A DNA stretch of 63,766 bases, filler included, from Chiloscyllium plagiosum (GCF_004010195.1; 4 parts of one record of this genome joined end to end with filler, not necessarily neighbours in it), one strand, 5' to 3'; shown: positions 1-13,351, numbered from the whole stretch's first letter. Notes: generated by a model not told the origin, from the letters alone. Translations and numbers: made by a program.

Positions 1-400
1 ATCACCACAAGTAACTTGTGCGGTTTGACTCTGACCCTCCATGTCCATAAATCTGCTCCCTGGTCCAGGCTCAGACTGAAGATGAATTTGTAAGACCTGG
101 CTCTTCTTCAGTCATTGGTATCTAATTTAGACAACATTTGAACCTGCAGTGACAGCAGTGATGGCTAGTTTCCTCCTGCTGAAGGTTGATTCCAAATGAT
201 TCTCTGTGAGGAAATGTTTGAATGACTGCCCTGACCCAGGTTGGAAACTCTCTTCACAGATTCAGAAGCAGGCCCGTGTCTCACTCAGTGTCACAGGCAG
301 CTGTGAGGTCCAGTAGCACTGTATCCGAATTCAGGCCTTTTGGAATCCACTTTTAATGTGGATGCAAAGTGATGGGTTTACTGACCAGAAAACCGATCAG
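1..400 (-). mobile_element. Degraded Vingi/I-group non-LTR retrotransposon RT fragment (inverted copy of ~42590-42990)
   Basis: Reverse complement of 42590-42990, which encodes the GTVLLDLTAAYDT RT motif. Confidence 0.65.
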
Positions 401-830
401 GAGTTTGCCATGGTAGTGAATTTGGCAATAATAAGTATGATTTACAATTATTCGACGGAACAATAACTGCATCATATCTGAAAACATTGGATTCGATATT
501 TATGGAAGTAAAACATAAACACCGAAGAACCTTTTATGATGCAAAAGTAAAGAATGCACATTTTGTTTTGTACCAAAAAAGAATATGTTTTCGTACTGTT
601 TTGGTGATCACAATTACACATTGAATCTCAGTATTGAAATACACACATTGTCGCTCTATCATTTGCAAAGTTGTTGACCTCTGACTGACTGCATATTCAG
701 AGTGAACAAATGATTGAACAATCAAATAGACTCATACCTCTTTACGTATTTAAATATAATCAATTAATTTAATTTCTCACTTGAAATGTGTGAGCTTCAG
801 CTATTTACCAACAAATCTATTAGTTTTAAA

Positions 831-3020
831 ATAATGATGGAAAAGGATAGACGAGATCAAAAAGTTGAAGCTCTAAATTGGAGAAAGGCCAATTTTGATG
901 GGATTAGGCAAGAACTTTCAAAAATTGATCGGGGGCAGATGATTGCAGGTAAAGGGATGGCTGGAAAATGGAAAGTCTTAAGAAATCAGATAGACAGAGA
1001 GCAGAGAGAGTGTATTCTTGTTAGGGTGAAAGGAAAGGCTGTTAGATATAGAGAGTGCTGAACGACTAAAGAAATTGAGGGTCTTGTTACGTAAAAGAAG
1101 GAAGCATATGACAGGTACAGGCAGAATAGAGTGAATCCTTAGAAGAGTATAAAGGTAGTATGAGTATACTAAAGAGGGAAAACTGGAGGGCAAAAAAGGG
1201 ACATGAGATAGCTTTGGTAAATAGAATGATGGAGAATACATTGAGGACAAACTAGTAAGTAGGGAGAGAACAGAGCCCTCAAAGATCAGCAAGGCGGCCT
1301 TTGTGTGGAGCCGCAGGAGATAGGGAGATACTAAAAGAGTATTTTGTATCAGCGTTTACTCAGGAGAAGGACACGGGAGATATAGGAATACAGAGAAATA
1401 GATGGTGAAATCTTGAAAAATGTCCATATTGCAGAGGAGGAAGTACTGGATGTCTTGAAACACTAAAAGTGGATAAATCTCCATGAACTGATCGACCAGA
1501 ATTCTGTGGGAAGCTAGGGAAGTGATTGCTGGGCCTCTTACCAAGATACTTGTACCATTGATAGTCACAGGTGAGGTGCCCCAACATGGTACCACTGTTT
1601 AAGAAAGGTGGTAAGGACAAGCCATAAAACTATAGACCAGTGAGCCTGACGTCATTGGAGGGCATGTTGTTGCAGGGAATCCTGAGGGACAGGATGTACA
1701 TATATTTGGAAAGGCAAGGACTGATTTGGGAAAGTGAACATGGTTTTGTGTGTGGAAAATCATGTTTCACAAACCTGATTGAGTTTTTTGCAGAAGTAAC
1801 GAAGATGATTGATGAGGGCAGAGCAGTGGACGTGATCTATAAGGACTTCAGTTAGGCATTCGTTAAGGTTCCTTATAGCAGACTGATTAGCAAGGTTAGA
1901 TCTTATGGAATACAGGGAGAACGAGCCATTTTGATACAGAACTGGCTAAAGGTAGAAGACAGAAGGTGGTGGTGGTGGAAAGTTGTTTTTCAAATTGTTG
2001 GCGTGTGACCAGTGGAGTGTCACAAGGATCGGTGCTGGTTCCACTACTTTTAGTCATTCATATAAATGATTTGAATGTGAGTATAAGAAATACAGTTAGT
2101 AATTTTGCTGATGACACCCAAATTGGAGGTGTGGTGGACAGCGAAGAAGTTTCCCTCAGATTTCCACGGGATTTTGATCAGATGGGCCAATGGGCTGAGG
2201 AGTGGTTGATGGAGTTTAATTTGGGTAAATGCGAGATGCTGCATTTTGGGAAAGCAAATCTTCGCAGAGGTTATACTCTTAATGGTGAGGTTAAAGGAAG
2301 TGTTGCTGAACAAAGAGAACTTGGAGTGCAGGTTCATTTTCGATTGAAAGTAGAGTCACAGATAGATAAGACAGAGAAGAAGGCATTTGGTATGCTTTTC
2401 TTAATTGGTCAGACCATTGTAAACAGTGGTTGGAAGGTCGTGTTGCGGCTGTACGGGAAGTTGGTTAGGCCAGTTTTGGAATATTGTGTGCAATTCTGGT
2501 CTCCTTCCTATCGGTAGGATGTTGTGAAACTTGAAAGGGTTCTGAACAGATTTACAAGGATGTTGCCAAGGTTGGAGGGTTTGAGCTATAGGTGGAAGTT
2601 GAATAGGCTGGGGATATTTTCCCTGGAACATTGCAGCTGAGGGGTGACCTTATAGAGGTTTATAAAGTCATGACGGGCATGAATGTGGAAATAAACAAGG
2701 TATTTTCCCTGGTGGGGGGAGTCCAGAACTAGTGGTCATAGGTGTAGGTTGGGAAGGAAAAATACAAAAGTGACGTAAGGGGCAACTTTTTCATTCACAG
2801 GGTAGTACGTGTATGGATTGAACTGCCACAGGAAGTGGTAAAGGTTGGTACAATTGCAACATTTTGATGGCGCCTGGATGGGTATATGAATAGAAAGTGA
2901 GTCGAGGGATATGGGCTGAGTGCTGGTAGGTGGGACTAGATTGGGTTGGGATATCTGGTCGGCATGGACGAGTTGGTAGAATGGTCTGTTTTCATGTTGT
3001 ACATCTGTATGACTGACTGT
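831..3020 (+). mobile_element. CR1-clade (HER1-like) LINE, 5'-truncated, decayed ORF2
   Basis: RT motifs SEHGFVCGKSCFTNLIEFF, VTSGVSQGSVL, FADDTQIGG, RPVLEYCVQFWSP, broken by stops and frameshifts; CR1-type 3' tail. Confidence 0.93.
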
Positions 3021-3129
3021 AATTTAGCAATGACAATAATTTGACATGCACTGCCAAATAAATAAATGGTTTATATTATTAAATTGTAGCATACAATAAG
3101 TTGAAAACTTGCAATTTTTAGAATGAATG

Positions 3130-3872
3130 ATAAAGAACAAAGAGCATTCCAACACAGGAACAGACCCTTCGGCCCTCCAAGCCTGTGCTGATCCAAATCC
3201 CCTATTTTCTAAACCTGCCACCTATTTTCTAAGAGCCGGTATCACTCTGCTCCCTGCCGATTCATGTAGCTGGCAGATTCATCGTAGATGACACTATCAC
3301 TCCTGTCCCTACCACCTCCGCTGGCAGCACGTTCCAGGCTGCCACGACCCTACATGTAGAGAGCTTCCCACATATATCCCTCAGGCCCTAAACCTTTCCG
3401 TCTCACTTTGTAACTCAATTACTAGGGGTCATGAGTACACAATTTGGACTAAAGCTTCTTGGTATCCACCCTGTCTATATCTCTCTTGATTTTGTAGACC
3501 TCAATCAGGTCCCCCCTCAACCTTTGTCTTCATAATTAAAATAGTCTTAATCTACCCAACCTCTTTCCATAACCAGCATCCTCCATCCCAGGCAACACCC
3601 TGATGAACCTACTCTGCACTCTATTCAAGCGTCCACATCCTTTTAGTAATGAGGTGACCAGAACTATATGCAGTGTTCCAAATGCGGCCAAACCAAAGTC
3701 CGTTGCAACTGTAACATATACCTGCCAACGCTTGTATTCAACATCGGATCCAATGAAGGAAAGCATGCCGGATGCCTTATTGACCACTTTACTGAACTGC
3801 GTTGCCACCTTCAGGAAACAATGAACCTGAACACCCAGATCTCTCCTTACGTCAATTTCCCCCAGGACTTTT
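3130..3872 (-). mobile_element. CR1-clade LINE 3' end, tail-to-tail with the preceding copy, runs into a gap
   Basis: RDLGVQVHCFLKVATQ...RVQSRFIRVLPGME; 3' UTR ending in a TTCTTTGTTCTT-type tail. Confidence 0.9.
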
Positions 3873-4372
3873 NNNNNNNNNNNNNNNNNNNNNNNNNNNN
3901 NNNNNNNNNNNNNNNNNNNNNNNNNNNNNNNNNNNNNNNNNNNNNNNNNNNNNNNNNNNNNNNNNNNNNNNNNNNNNNNNNNNNNNNNNNNNNNNNNNNN
4001 NNNNNNNNNNNNNNNNNNNNNNNNNNNNNNNNNNNNNNNNNNNNNNNNNNNNNNNNNNNNNNNNNNNNNNNNNNNNNNNNNNNNNNNNNNNNNNNNNNNN
4101 NNNNNNNNNNNNNNNNNNNNNNNNNNNNNNNNNNNNNNNNNNNNNNNNNNNNNNNNNNNNNNNNNNNNNNNNNNNNNNNNNNNNNNNNNNNNNNNNNNNN
4201 NNNNNNNNNNNNNNNNNNNNNNNNNNNNNNNNNNNNNNNNNNNNNNNNNNNNNNNNNNNNNNNNNNNNNNNNNNNNNNNNNNNNNNNNNNNNNNNNNNNN
4301 NNNNNNNNNNNNNNNNNNNNNNNNNNNNNNNNNNNNNNNNNNNNNNNNNNNNNNNNNNNNNNNNNNNNNNNN

Positions 4373-4790
4373 CATTCGTATTTACATCATTTATGAATAT
4401 CGCAAATAATTTGATACACTGCACTGCTCGCTGTGTACACCACGAGACACTGGTCTATCTATACCACATTTCCAGTAACTTGGGACCACATAGCTGTTCT
4501 CCAGTCCTCTAGCACGTCCCTTGTGTGGTCAGATTTGACTAAAACATTTAGGTCAGGACATTTCTCTCTTGTCTCCAACAGCATCCTGCGATACAACTCA
4601 TCTGGACTTTACATCATCCAAAACTATCAATCCCAACTTGCATCTTATATCAATTTGTTCGAGAGCTTCCCAGTCCATCTTCTTGAATTCTGTACCTGCA
4701 TCTTCCTTCTCCCAACTAAAACAGATGTGAAGCTCTCATGTCACAGGCTATCAGTGTTTCCCAGTTTCACATGCTGATTACCCCCTTGGT
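4373..4790 (-). mobile_element. Old, highly decayed CR1 fragment
   Basis: Minus-strand LFAIFIND and EDWRTA-like remnants. Confidence 0.55.
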
Positions 4791-7700
4791 TTCGAAATGG
4801 ATCCTAATTTTTCCCTGGTTATTCAGCAATGGAGGAAACCTGAACAATGCTGGAACTGATCTCAGCCAAGCTGCAGAAGCATGACCAGGAGATCCAAAGT
4901 CTCGGGCCAGATGTCGTGGAAGTGAAAGAGTGGACTGCGGCTTTGGAAACCATGGCATAATCCTTAGCGGGTCGGTTCCAAGCACTAGAATGGTAAGTAC
5001 AGGCCTTAGTAGAGCAGGTCGAGGACCTCGAAAATTGGAGCGTCAGAAGAACATCAGCTTGGTCGGGCTGCCGGAACGAAAACAAGAGCGCCATCTTGTC
5101 AGCTTATTGGAACAATGGCTCACACAATTTCTGAAACTGGAAGTCAGGGCAAGGTCGATAGGTCCCACCGGGTTGCAGTGTGCAGGCCCGGATCGGACGA
5201 GCATTCCTGTCCGGGTCCTTGTGCAACTCCAGCATGTTATAGAAAAACAGGTGCTGGAAGCTTCTTGGGTCGTACAATTAAGGGGAGACTTTAGCTGACG
5301 TGTGGACCCCGAAGTGGATAGGATGTCGAAGGGTATCGGAGGTATTTCCCCGCTACCCACGCAGCTGGTCGACCGGAACAGGTAGCTGGGTTCGTGGATG
5401 TGGGAGATGTCTTCACCCTTAAGCTTGGGACTTCACGTTTTTTTCTAACACACATAAATGCTATACTAGGATTGACGTGTTGTTTGCCCATTGGTCTTTT
5501 TGAATTCGGTGCTGTCCTTTAGAATTGGGAACCATTTCTGATCTGTGGCAGTGCACAGGGAGGTCAAGGATGGTTGCGATGGGACAGGCTCACGGCACTG
5601 GCACGAGGATTCTTTCTTCCTAAAGGATAGCAAATTCATTGAGTATTTTTCGGGAGAATTTAATTTTTTTTGGAACATGAACTTGTGCACGACCAGTAAT
5701 CCGACAGTGCTCTGGGAAACTGGCAAAGCCTATACAAGAGATTTGATTATTTCTTACTCGGTGTCTCAGAAGCGGCAGAAGGGAGAACAGCAGCGTATGT
5801 TTGAGGATCGGCTAAATAGAGCTGATACACCATATTTTATCAGACCGTCTATAACGTAATTGCAGCAGATTACAGCCCTCCGGACTGCTCTGAATGCTGA
5901 AATCGCCCAGAGAGCAAAGAGAGAGATTTCCTTTGCGAAACAGAAGGTATTCAAGCATGGTGATAACCAGGTACATATTAGGCGTACTTGGCCAGAAAGA
6001 AGATTGCTGCTGTTATCACCCGCGATCCCAAAAATATTAATGCAGCATTCAGGAAGTTCTACTCTGGGATGTTCCAGTCAGCGGGCTGGGAGGACTGATT
6101 GGCGACGATAGAGTCCTTTCTTAAGACCTTGGACCTCCCAGGTGTAAGTTCAGAGCAGGCGTCTCTTTAGATTGCCCCTCTGATAATCTGAGAGATACAG
6201 GAGACAGTGAGGCAGCTCCAGAGTGATAATGCCACCGGCCCAGATGGATTTTCAGAGTGAGATTTAGAAGGAGTTCATAGACATGCTGGCTGGGCCAATG
6301 TTGGATATGTACAATCATTGTACAGTCAGGACTGCCTCCCATCCTCTCTGAGAGATGGAAATATTCATCTTATTCTCAAGAGAGGGAAAGTCCCAGCGGA
6401 TTGCACTTTGTATGTGCCTATTTCATTATTAAACGTGGACTTTAAAATTTTGTCGAAAATGTTCTCTTTGAAGGTCCATTTTGAAAGAGGATCATTTTTA
6501 TTAGGGGCCGTAGATCCTCTGATAATATTAGAAGAGTGCGAAGCATGGCTCCAGTGTGTCAGCAAGGTCCGATTCCAGGCTTGGTAGTCTCCCTGGATGC
6601 AGAGAAAGCAGTTTACTGGATGGAGTGGATATGCACCTTTTATGTCCTTGAATGGTTTGTTCTTGGAGGGGTCTTCGCCAGGTGGATGGCAGTGTTATAT
6701 AATGACCAAATGTCACTAATGGTATAAGTTCTGACAATTACAGTATTGACAGTGGCAGCCAACAAAGTTGCCCTCTTCCACTTTTACCATTGACATTAAT
6801 GATTAAGCCGTTGGCAGAAGCCATCGGAGGGACGCCAATATCACTGCCATGGATGTAGAATCAGGAAGGCATAGGATCACCCTTGAAGCAGATTGCGTTC
6901 CTCTCTTTCTAACTAACCCAATGATGTCTGTGTCCTGTTTAATTCGAATGATTAATTTATTTGGATGTTTCTCAGGGTTTAAAATCAATTTTATGAAATC
7001 GGAGGCCATCCCTGTTGGGGATAATATTTGAGTACCCGACCTTGAGGTGGAATCTGATTCCCTTCCGGATGGTCACAAGGAGGTTTAGGTATTTTTATCA
7101 TCCAAGCCTTCGATCAATTATATAAAGCTAACTTCGTGCAGTTTCTAGAGAGGATAAGACAGAATCATCCGATACTCTTTCTGGGTTAGCTCTGGTTAAT
7201 GTCCTTCCTTGTTTATGATACCCCATGCTAATTCTCCCTTTGACCCTGCCCAGGAAGGCGCTACGGAGGCTTAACAGTTGGCTTTGATCTTTCATCTGCC
7301 GTTACAGATGGCCTCCTATTAATCTGGACAAACTGAAGTGAATAGGGGAGTGTCGATTTTCCATAATTTTAAGAAATGCAAACCAAATTCCTTGTTTTGG
7401 ATGTGGCTGACTGGGCTTGCCAGGACCCATGGTCAATTTGGCTGGACATCGACGCCTTCTCGGCAAACTGACCCCTCATTAATCTGTTGTTCATGGACGA
7501 GACGAGGATGTTATGGAGATTTGCAGAAACTGATTGTCCTTAACACAGTGAAAGCATGGAGAATGATGGAACAACTTCGGCTTTCATTCTCATTATAGGA
7601 TTGGTAGTATTCCAGCTGGGACTGATAGATTCTGGCTTTAGGCTCTGGGAGTCCAGACGAGTTTTCTGTTTGGGAGAATTTTTTGACATGGAGGTCATGA

Positions 7701-7915
7701 TGAATTTTGAGCAACTGAGCCAGGAATATGAGGTATCTGGGAGGGACATATTTTGTTACGTTCTGCTTCAGGACTTTATCCAGAAAAAAGACTATATTAA
7801 TGATTCGTCTCTGCAAGTCAGATATGGAGACAAGAGTGCTTCAGAGTACGGGCACTCTCTCGTTCAGCGCCTTCTGTCATTTATTGGGAGGTAGTGTCTC
7901 GAAGTACATTGACCC
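4790..7915 (+). mobile_element. L1-clade (fish-type L1/Tx1) LINE, decayed ORF1 and ORF2 with internal deletion
   Basis: ORF1-like EDLEN..NISLVGLPE; ORF2-like LWETGKAYTRDLIISYS, PISLLNVDFKILSK, SLDAEKA, HRITLEADCVPLFL (decayed YADD), FSGFKINFMKSE. Confidence 0.88.
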
Positions 7916-8619
7916 TGTTACACCAGAACAGGAAGAGGCTATTCAGCCCTGGACCCTGATATACAGTTACGGGAGGAGGCCAGTCAGCTCTTCGAGTCGA
8001 TAACACTGGGCCAGAGTAGGCCATGCAGCACCAGTACCCTGTTAAACAGCAACAGGATCAGTCTATTCAGCGTCCTCAAGTCTGTAACATAGGAAATGGA
8101 AGAAGTCACACAGAGACTGGAGATTGGTGCACTTGGATACCAGAGGATATTCAGTCCCATCGAGCCTGTTGCACGGGAATTGGGAAAGGAGGAAGAAGTT
8201 TACCTCAACATGTCAGGTGTATGGGAACAGAAGAAGGCCAATGACTCTCTCTGTCCAATATCAGGAATGCAGGAGAGACCGTTCAGTATCTCCAGCCTGT
8301 GATGGAGGAATATGAGAAGGGTTTTTTTCAGCCCCTCAAACTGTTATACAGCAACAGAAACATTGCATAAGCCCTCATGATTCTTAAGCATCAACAGGAG
8401 GAGGACAGGCAGACCATAGAGATGGTGATGTGGAACACCAGAAAGACATCAGCCCATCGATTTTGTGCACAAGGAAGAGAATGAGTCCATCCAGCGACTC
8501 CAACTTCTTACAGAGCAATCAGAGCAGGTCAATTCATGCCATGTGCCAATTATACAGGTTTGAAGTGAACAAAGAGATTATAGAGAGGTAAGAATTTAGA
8601 ATTATCACCTTCACGATGG

Positions 8620-10270
8620 AATATGTCGTAGTGAGAAAATTGTTCAAAGTTAAGAAATATTGCTAAAGTCGATTATTCAGGAATTAATGACAAGAAATTT
8701 GCAAAGTCAAACCATAAACCATCAGAAACAACATGATTTGGATCATGGGGATCCTAGAGATGAAATATCTGGACTTCCAGAAGGCTTTGAATAGCTCTGC
8801 ACAAATGATTAATCTGTAGAATAAGATCGTTTATAATTAAAAGTAATTTTTCAGCTTGGATACAGGCTTAATGAAGCAACAAAATGCAGTGAGATGGAAA
8901 ACATATCAGTCATTTTCCGTTTGGCAAAATTCAACTTTTAGGAAACCATTTGTCTTGGTCCCCAGGCCAGAACTATTTACAATCTGTAGTCTTACGTAGT
9001 TGAGAGGATAGAACATGTTATAACCAAATTAACAGATGACACTAACTCAGGTGAGAAATTGCAATGAAGATGCAAGAAGTTAGAAAATATATATGGATAG
9101 GTTGTGGCAACATTTGACAGAAGAAACTGAACAGCGAAATATATGAGTGTATCCGTTTGGATCAGTGTAGCAAAAAGGCAAATTATTATCCAAATGGCGA
9201 GAGACTTCAGAATAATCAGGTGCAGAGGGATCTGGCTGTCCGCGTCCCATACTACAGAATACACCGATGTAGGTACAGCAGATAATGAGAAAGGCAAGTG
9301 CAACTTTGGCATTTATTTCTAAAACAATGGATTATAAGGGTAGGGAGGTGTGAGATCGCAACTGAGTTCTGTGTGCAGTCTTGGTATCCTGACTGTAGGA
9401 GGGATGTATTTTACCATGGAGGCAGTTCAGAAGTGGTTTACTAGAATGACTCCAGAGATGAGGAGTTTGTACTCTGAAGAGACATTGAGCAGTTCAGGCC
9501 AACACTGCCTGGAGTACAGAAAAATGAGAGGAGATGTCGGAGGTCTGGACGAAGTTAAAGGTGATTTACAGTGTAGATGTGAAGTTGATACTTCCTCATG
9601 TGGGATAATCTCAAACGATCCTAAAACCATAGTTTTAGGATGAGGTGGGGCGAAATGAAACAGGCGTGAGGAGAACATACTTCTGTCACAGGGTTGGGAA
9701 TCTGTGCAATTCAATGCCACAGAGTGCAGTAGGTGTTGAGATATTGAGTAAGTGAAGGGATATGGAGAGCGGACAGGAATGTGGAACTGAGGCCGCAATG
9801 ACATCAGCTATGATTGTATTGAATATCGGAAGAGGCCTGAGGGGATGGATTCCGAACTGAAGCTCCTCGTTCTTATTCAACGCTTTGAATGTGTTACACA
9901 TAAATGGGGGAGGACTGGTTATCAGACAGGAAGCAGGCACTCCGGATAAATCAGCCCTAGTCAGTTTGATAGAACGTCACCAGTGGAGTCACACAGTGAA
10001 CAGTGCTGGGTCCACAACTCTTTACAATCTGTATAAATGATCAGGAGGAGTGGAACAAATGTACTGTAACTATGTATGCCGACTAAAATAAGATAAACAG
10101 GAAACTAAATTATCAGGGCAAGGTGGAGAGTCTGTAATTGGATATGGCCAGGTGAAGTCAATGGATAAAAGTTTAGCAAATGGGATTAAAGATATTATAT
10201 AGTCTGTCATTTTCTTTTGGAAGAATGGTACGTAGTATGTTACTTAAACGGAAAAATAATACAGGACTTT
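8620..10270 (+). mobile_element. Old CR1 fragments
   Basis: MEAVQKWFTRMTPEM, CR1-type 3' UTR near 9780-9870, and a second RT fragment (TSGVTQ...LGPQLFTI) near 9975. Confidence 0.7.
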
Positions 10271-10408
10271 GTGATGCACTGTGTGTACTGGAGGGTTCAT
10301 TCTGACCCCATCAGACAGGAAGTTTTGCTCCATCTTCCTGATGTTCCCAGAGACCCCATTGCTCTCAACCACCATATATATCCTCCGACTCCAAATGGTG
10401 ATGTTGAC

Positions 10409-10700
10409 GTCGGCATACTGGGAGATGATGGAGCTGTCACCCACTCTGGCCAGCAAAGTTCCGGATCATAGGAGCTGAGTGAAGTTCTGGATTATAGAAG
10501 CTGAATGAAACAGTGACCCTAATAGCCACTGGCAGCACCGTCCTACCCCTGGTGTGAAGCTGCAGGTCGTGTTGAAGGAGGTGACACTGCTCTGTGACCA
10601 GCTCCTTGTTCAATCAGGATCCCCTCATATTCTGCTCCTGAGTTAAAGGTAACTTGGGAAGCTGTTCCTGGAAAACCCGGTGTGGATACAGCAGATCCCT
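10409..10700 (-). pseudogene. Harbinger/PIF (HARBI1-like) transposase N-terminal remnant
   Basis: Manual translation YPHRVFQEQLPKLPLTQEQNMRGS*LNKELVTEQCHLLQHDLQLHTRGRTVLPVAIRVTVSFSFY, then after a frameshift SGTLLARVGDSSIISQYA; resembles the HARBI1-family HTH region (LPVAVKVTVALNFFASGSFQ..GD...ISQ). Confidence 0.75.
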
Positions 10701-11454
10701 TTCCCCAAGCACACGCACTCGGTGGTTTCAGATCTTTCTCTCTGTGCAGCTTCGGCTCCATTATTTGTTCATCTTACACACACAGATGTTGTAACAGATT
10801 CAGTCTAGGAGGTGGGGACAGGGAGGTAGATCATCGCACCATCCAAACTAACAGCAACATCTGCACATGCACACACATACACACAGTTGGGTATAGGGGA
10901 TCATAATTGTACTGAGGACATTCAGAGTGGTGAATGCTCCTGAGTAATATCTGTGCTCGCTCTGCAATGTGGAAGCGATTTGTCTTTGAAGATTATTCGT
11001 TACACAGAGTGTACACCTTAAGAGTATTTCCACTGCAACTGCATCCAAGCAATTCTTACCAAATCATTTGTAAGGTGATGCGATGAATTTATTAAAAGTT
11101 CTTTAAATTGAAATATTCTATAATTCAGCCCTACAAGGTGTAAGTGAGAAAGGGTTGAAAAGTCCTGAAACTGACCCAGTGGTGGTGGTAATATATCTAG
11201 GTATCAGACAAAACTGTTCTGTGCATCCAGAGATATTTGCAAAACCAAACAGCCGTACAATGTGAGAAATTCACAGTATTTGATGTCCTCTGATAGAAAA
11301 ACAGACACTTGTGCAGTGGCATGGGGAGATCAGCAGAGGTTGGCATTGTATGACTATAAACTTTACAGGGACAGACGTAGAGGTGGAGGAGGGGAGTAAG
11401 GGTTTATATCAATTTCAATGGATTTACCCCCAAAATCACAGAGTCATCATTTCA

Positions 11455-11560
11455 CAGAGATGCACACAAACATACATAGACACATTAAACACACAACACA
11501 CATACATACAGATATGGACACTTACACACAAACACATGCACATGCCCACACACATTCACA
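11455..11560. repeat. Degenerate (CA)n-rich microsatellite
   Basis: Run of cacaca/catacaca motifs. Confidence 0.7.
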
Positions 11561-12270
11561 GTGATTTCTTTAAGATAGAAATAAGTATGTTTTTCATGAA
11601 TAAGGGAATCAATGGTCAGTTGGTGAAGGCAGGAGAATGTGGCTGAGAAACATTTTAGCTGTGACCAAACGGCACAGCAGATCCAAGGGGCTAAATGGCC
11701 TAATTCTGTTCCAATTTCGTATTTTGTGAAGGGATTCATTTTGGAAGTCGAATTTGAGTGCAGATTACTGGGTCAAATATAGGATTCATACAAGTGTGTA
11801 GGATCAAACGGATCTTGGGGTCCATGTTTGCAGGTCTCTCATTTGCCACCTAAGTTGATAGGGTTTTTAAGAAGGCGTATGGTGTGTTGGTTTTCATTCG
11901 CAGGGGGACTGAGTTGAAGAGCCACAAGATTATGCTGCAGGTCTATAAAACTCTGGTGAAACCACATTTGAAATGTTCTGGTCGCCTCATTATAGAAAGG
12001 ATATGGAAGCTTTACAGCGGGTGCGGAGGAAATTTACCAGAATGCTGCCTGGAATAAAGGGATTGTCTTATGAAGAAAGTTTGAGGGAGCTTGGCTTTTC
12101 TCATTGGAGTAAAGAAGGATGAGTGGTAACTTGATAGAGCTGAACAAGATGGTGAGAGTTACAGACAGATTAAATATCCAGAGACATCGTCAAAGGGTGA
12201 AAATGATCTTCACGAGGTGAGAATAATTTTACAGTGTTTGGAGAAAGGTTTTGGAAGATGTCAAAGGTAA
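11560..12270 (+). mobile_element. CR1 3' fragments, truncated by the satellite
   Basis: DLGVHVCRS, KKAYGVLVFI, RKFTRMLPG motifs. Confidence 0.8.
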
Positions 12271-12828
12271 TGAGACACCAGACACCCTCCCCCTCCCCAA
12301 AACCGGGTCCCTTGTACTGTAGGACAGCCATGCTAAACACTGAGACACCATCCCCCTCCCCCTCCCGCACAAACCGGGTCCGTGGTATTGTGAGACAGCC
12401 GTGCTCACCACTGAGACACCATTAGCCCCTCCCCCTCCCCCCCAAACCGGGTCGCAGGTACTGTGAGACAGCCATGCTTACCATTCAGACACCATTCCCC
12501 CCTCCCCTCCCCCAAACCGATTCCCTGGTACTTTGTGACAGCTGTGTTAACCACTGTGACACCATGTCCCAATTCTCCATCCCCATCCCTCCAACCGGGT
12601 CCCTGGTACTGTGAGACAGCCGTGCTAACCACTGAGACACTATGCCCCCTTCCCCTCCACCGGAAACCAGATGCCTGGTACTGTGAGACAGCCGTGCTAA
12701 CCACTGAGACACTATGCCCCCCTCCCCCTCCCCAAACCAGGTCCCTGGAACTGTGAGACAACTGTGCTAACTACTGAGACACCATGCCCCCCTCCCCCTC
12801 CCCCAAATCGGGTCCCTGGTACTATGAG

Positions 12829-13351
12829 GAGAAAGTGAGTTCTGCTGATGCTGGAGATCAGATATGAACATGTGTTGCTGGAACAGCGCAGCAGGTCAGG
12901 CAGAATCCAGGGAACAGGAGAATCGACGTTTCGGGCATAAGCCCTTCTTCAGGAATGAGGAAAGTGTGTCCAGCAGGATAAGATAAATGGTAGGGAGTAG
13001 GGACCGGGGGGAGGGGCGTTGGAAATGCGATAGGTGGAAAGAGGTCAAGGTGAGGAGGATAGGTCAGAGTGGGGTGCGGGCGAAGAGGTCAGGAAGAAGA
13101 TTGCAGGTTAGGAAGGCGGTGCTGAGTTCGAGGGATTTGACTGAGTCAAGGTGGGGGGAAGGGAAATGAGGAAACTTGTGAAATACGAGTTTATCCCTTC
13201 TGGTTGAGGGTTCCTAGGCGGAAGATGAGGCGCTCTTCCTCCAACCGTCGTGTTGTTGTGGTCTGGCGATGGAGGAGTCGAAACACCTGCATATCCTTGG
13301 TGGAGTGGGAGAGGGAGTTGAAGTGTAGAGCCACAGGGTGGTTGGGTTGGT
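12829..13351 (-). mobile_element. 5'-truncated Penelope-like element (GIY-YIG C-terminus plus terminal repeat) with target-site duplication
   Basis: HPVALHFNSLSHSTKDMQV..RRLEEERLIFRLGTL is typical of the PLE GIY-YIG end; flanked by TGGTACTATGAG at 12817-12828 and 13352-13363. Confidence 0.88.
12921..12956 (-). ncRNA. Minimal type-I hammerhead ribozyme motif in the PLE terminal repeat
   Basis: Minus strand reads ATTC-CTGAAGA-A-GGGC-TTAT-GCCC-GAAAC-GTC-GATT: core CUGANGA, stem II, GAAA and GUC cleavage triplet. Confidence 0.8.

Larger units (their letters stand above)
1..3872 (-). repeat. Inverted paralogous copy of the right end of the segmental duplication unit
   Basis: Reverse complement matches ~38950-42990 and ~24950-27199; e.g. 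ORF 1966..2517(+) is near-identical to 26308..26859(-), and ORF 534..725(-) to 42268..42522(+). Confidence 0.92.

Noticed and set aside
3536..4512. Long ORFs of 190-279 aa
   Set aside because: They are mostly translation through N gaps
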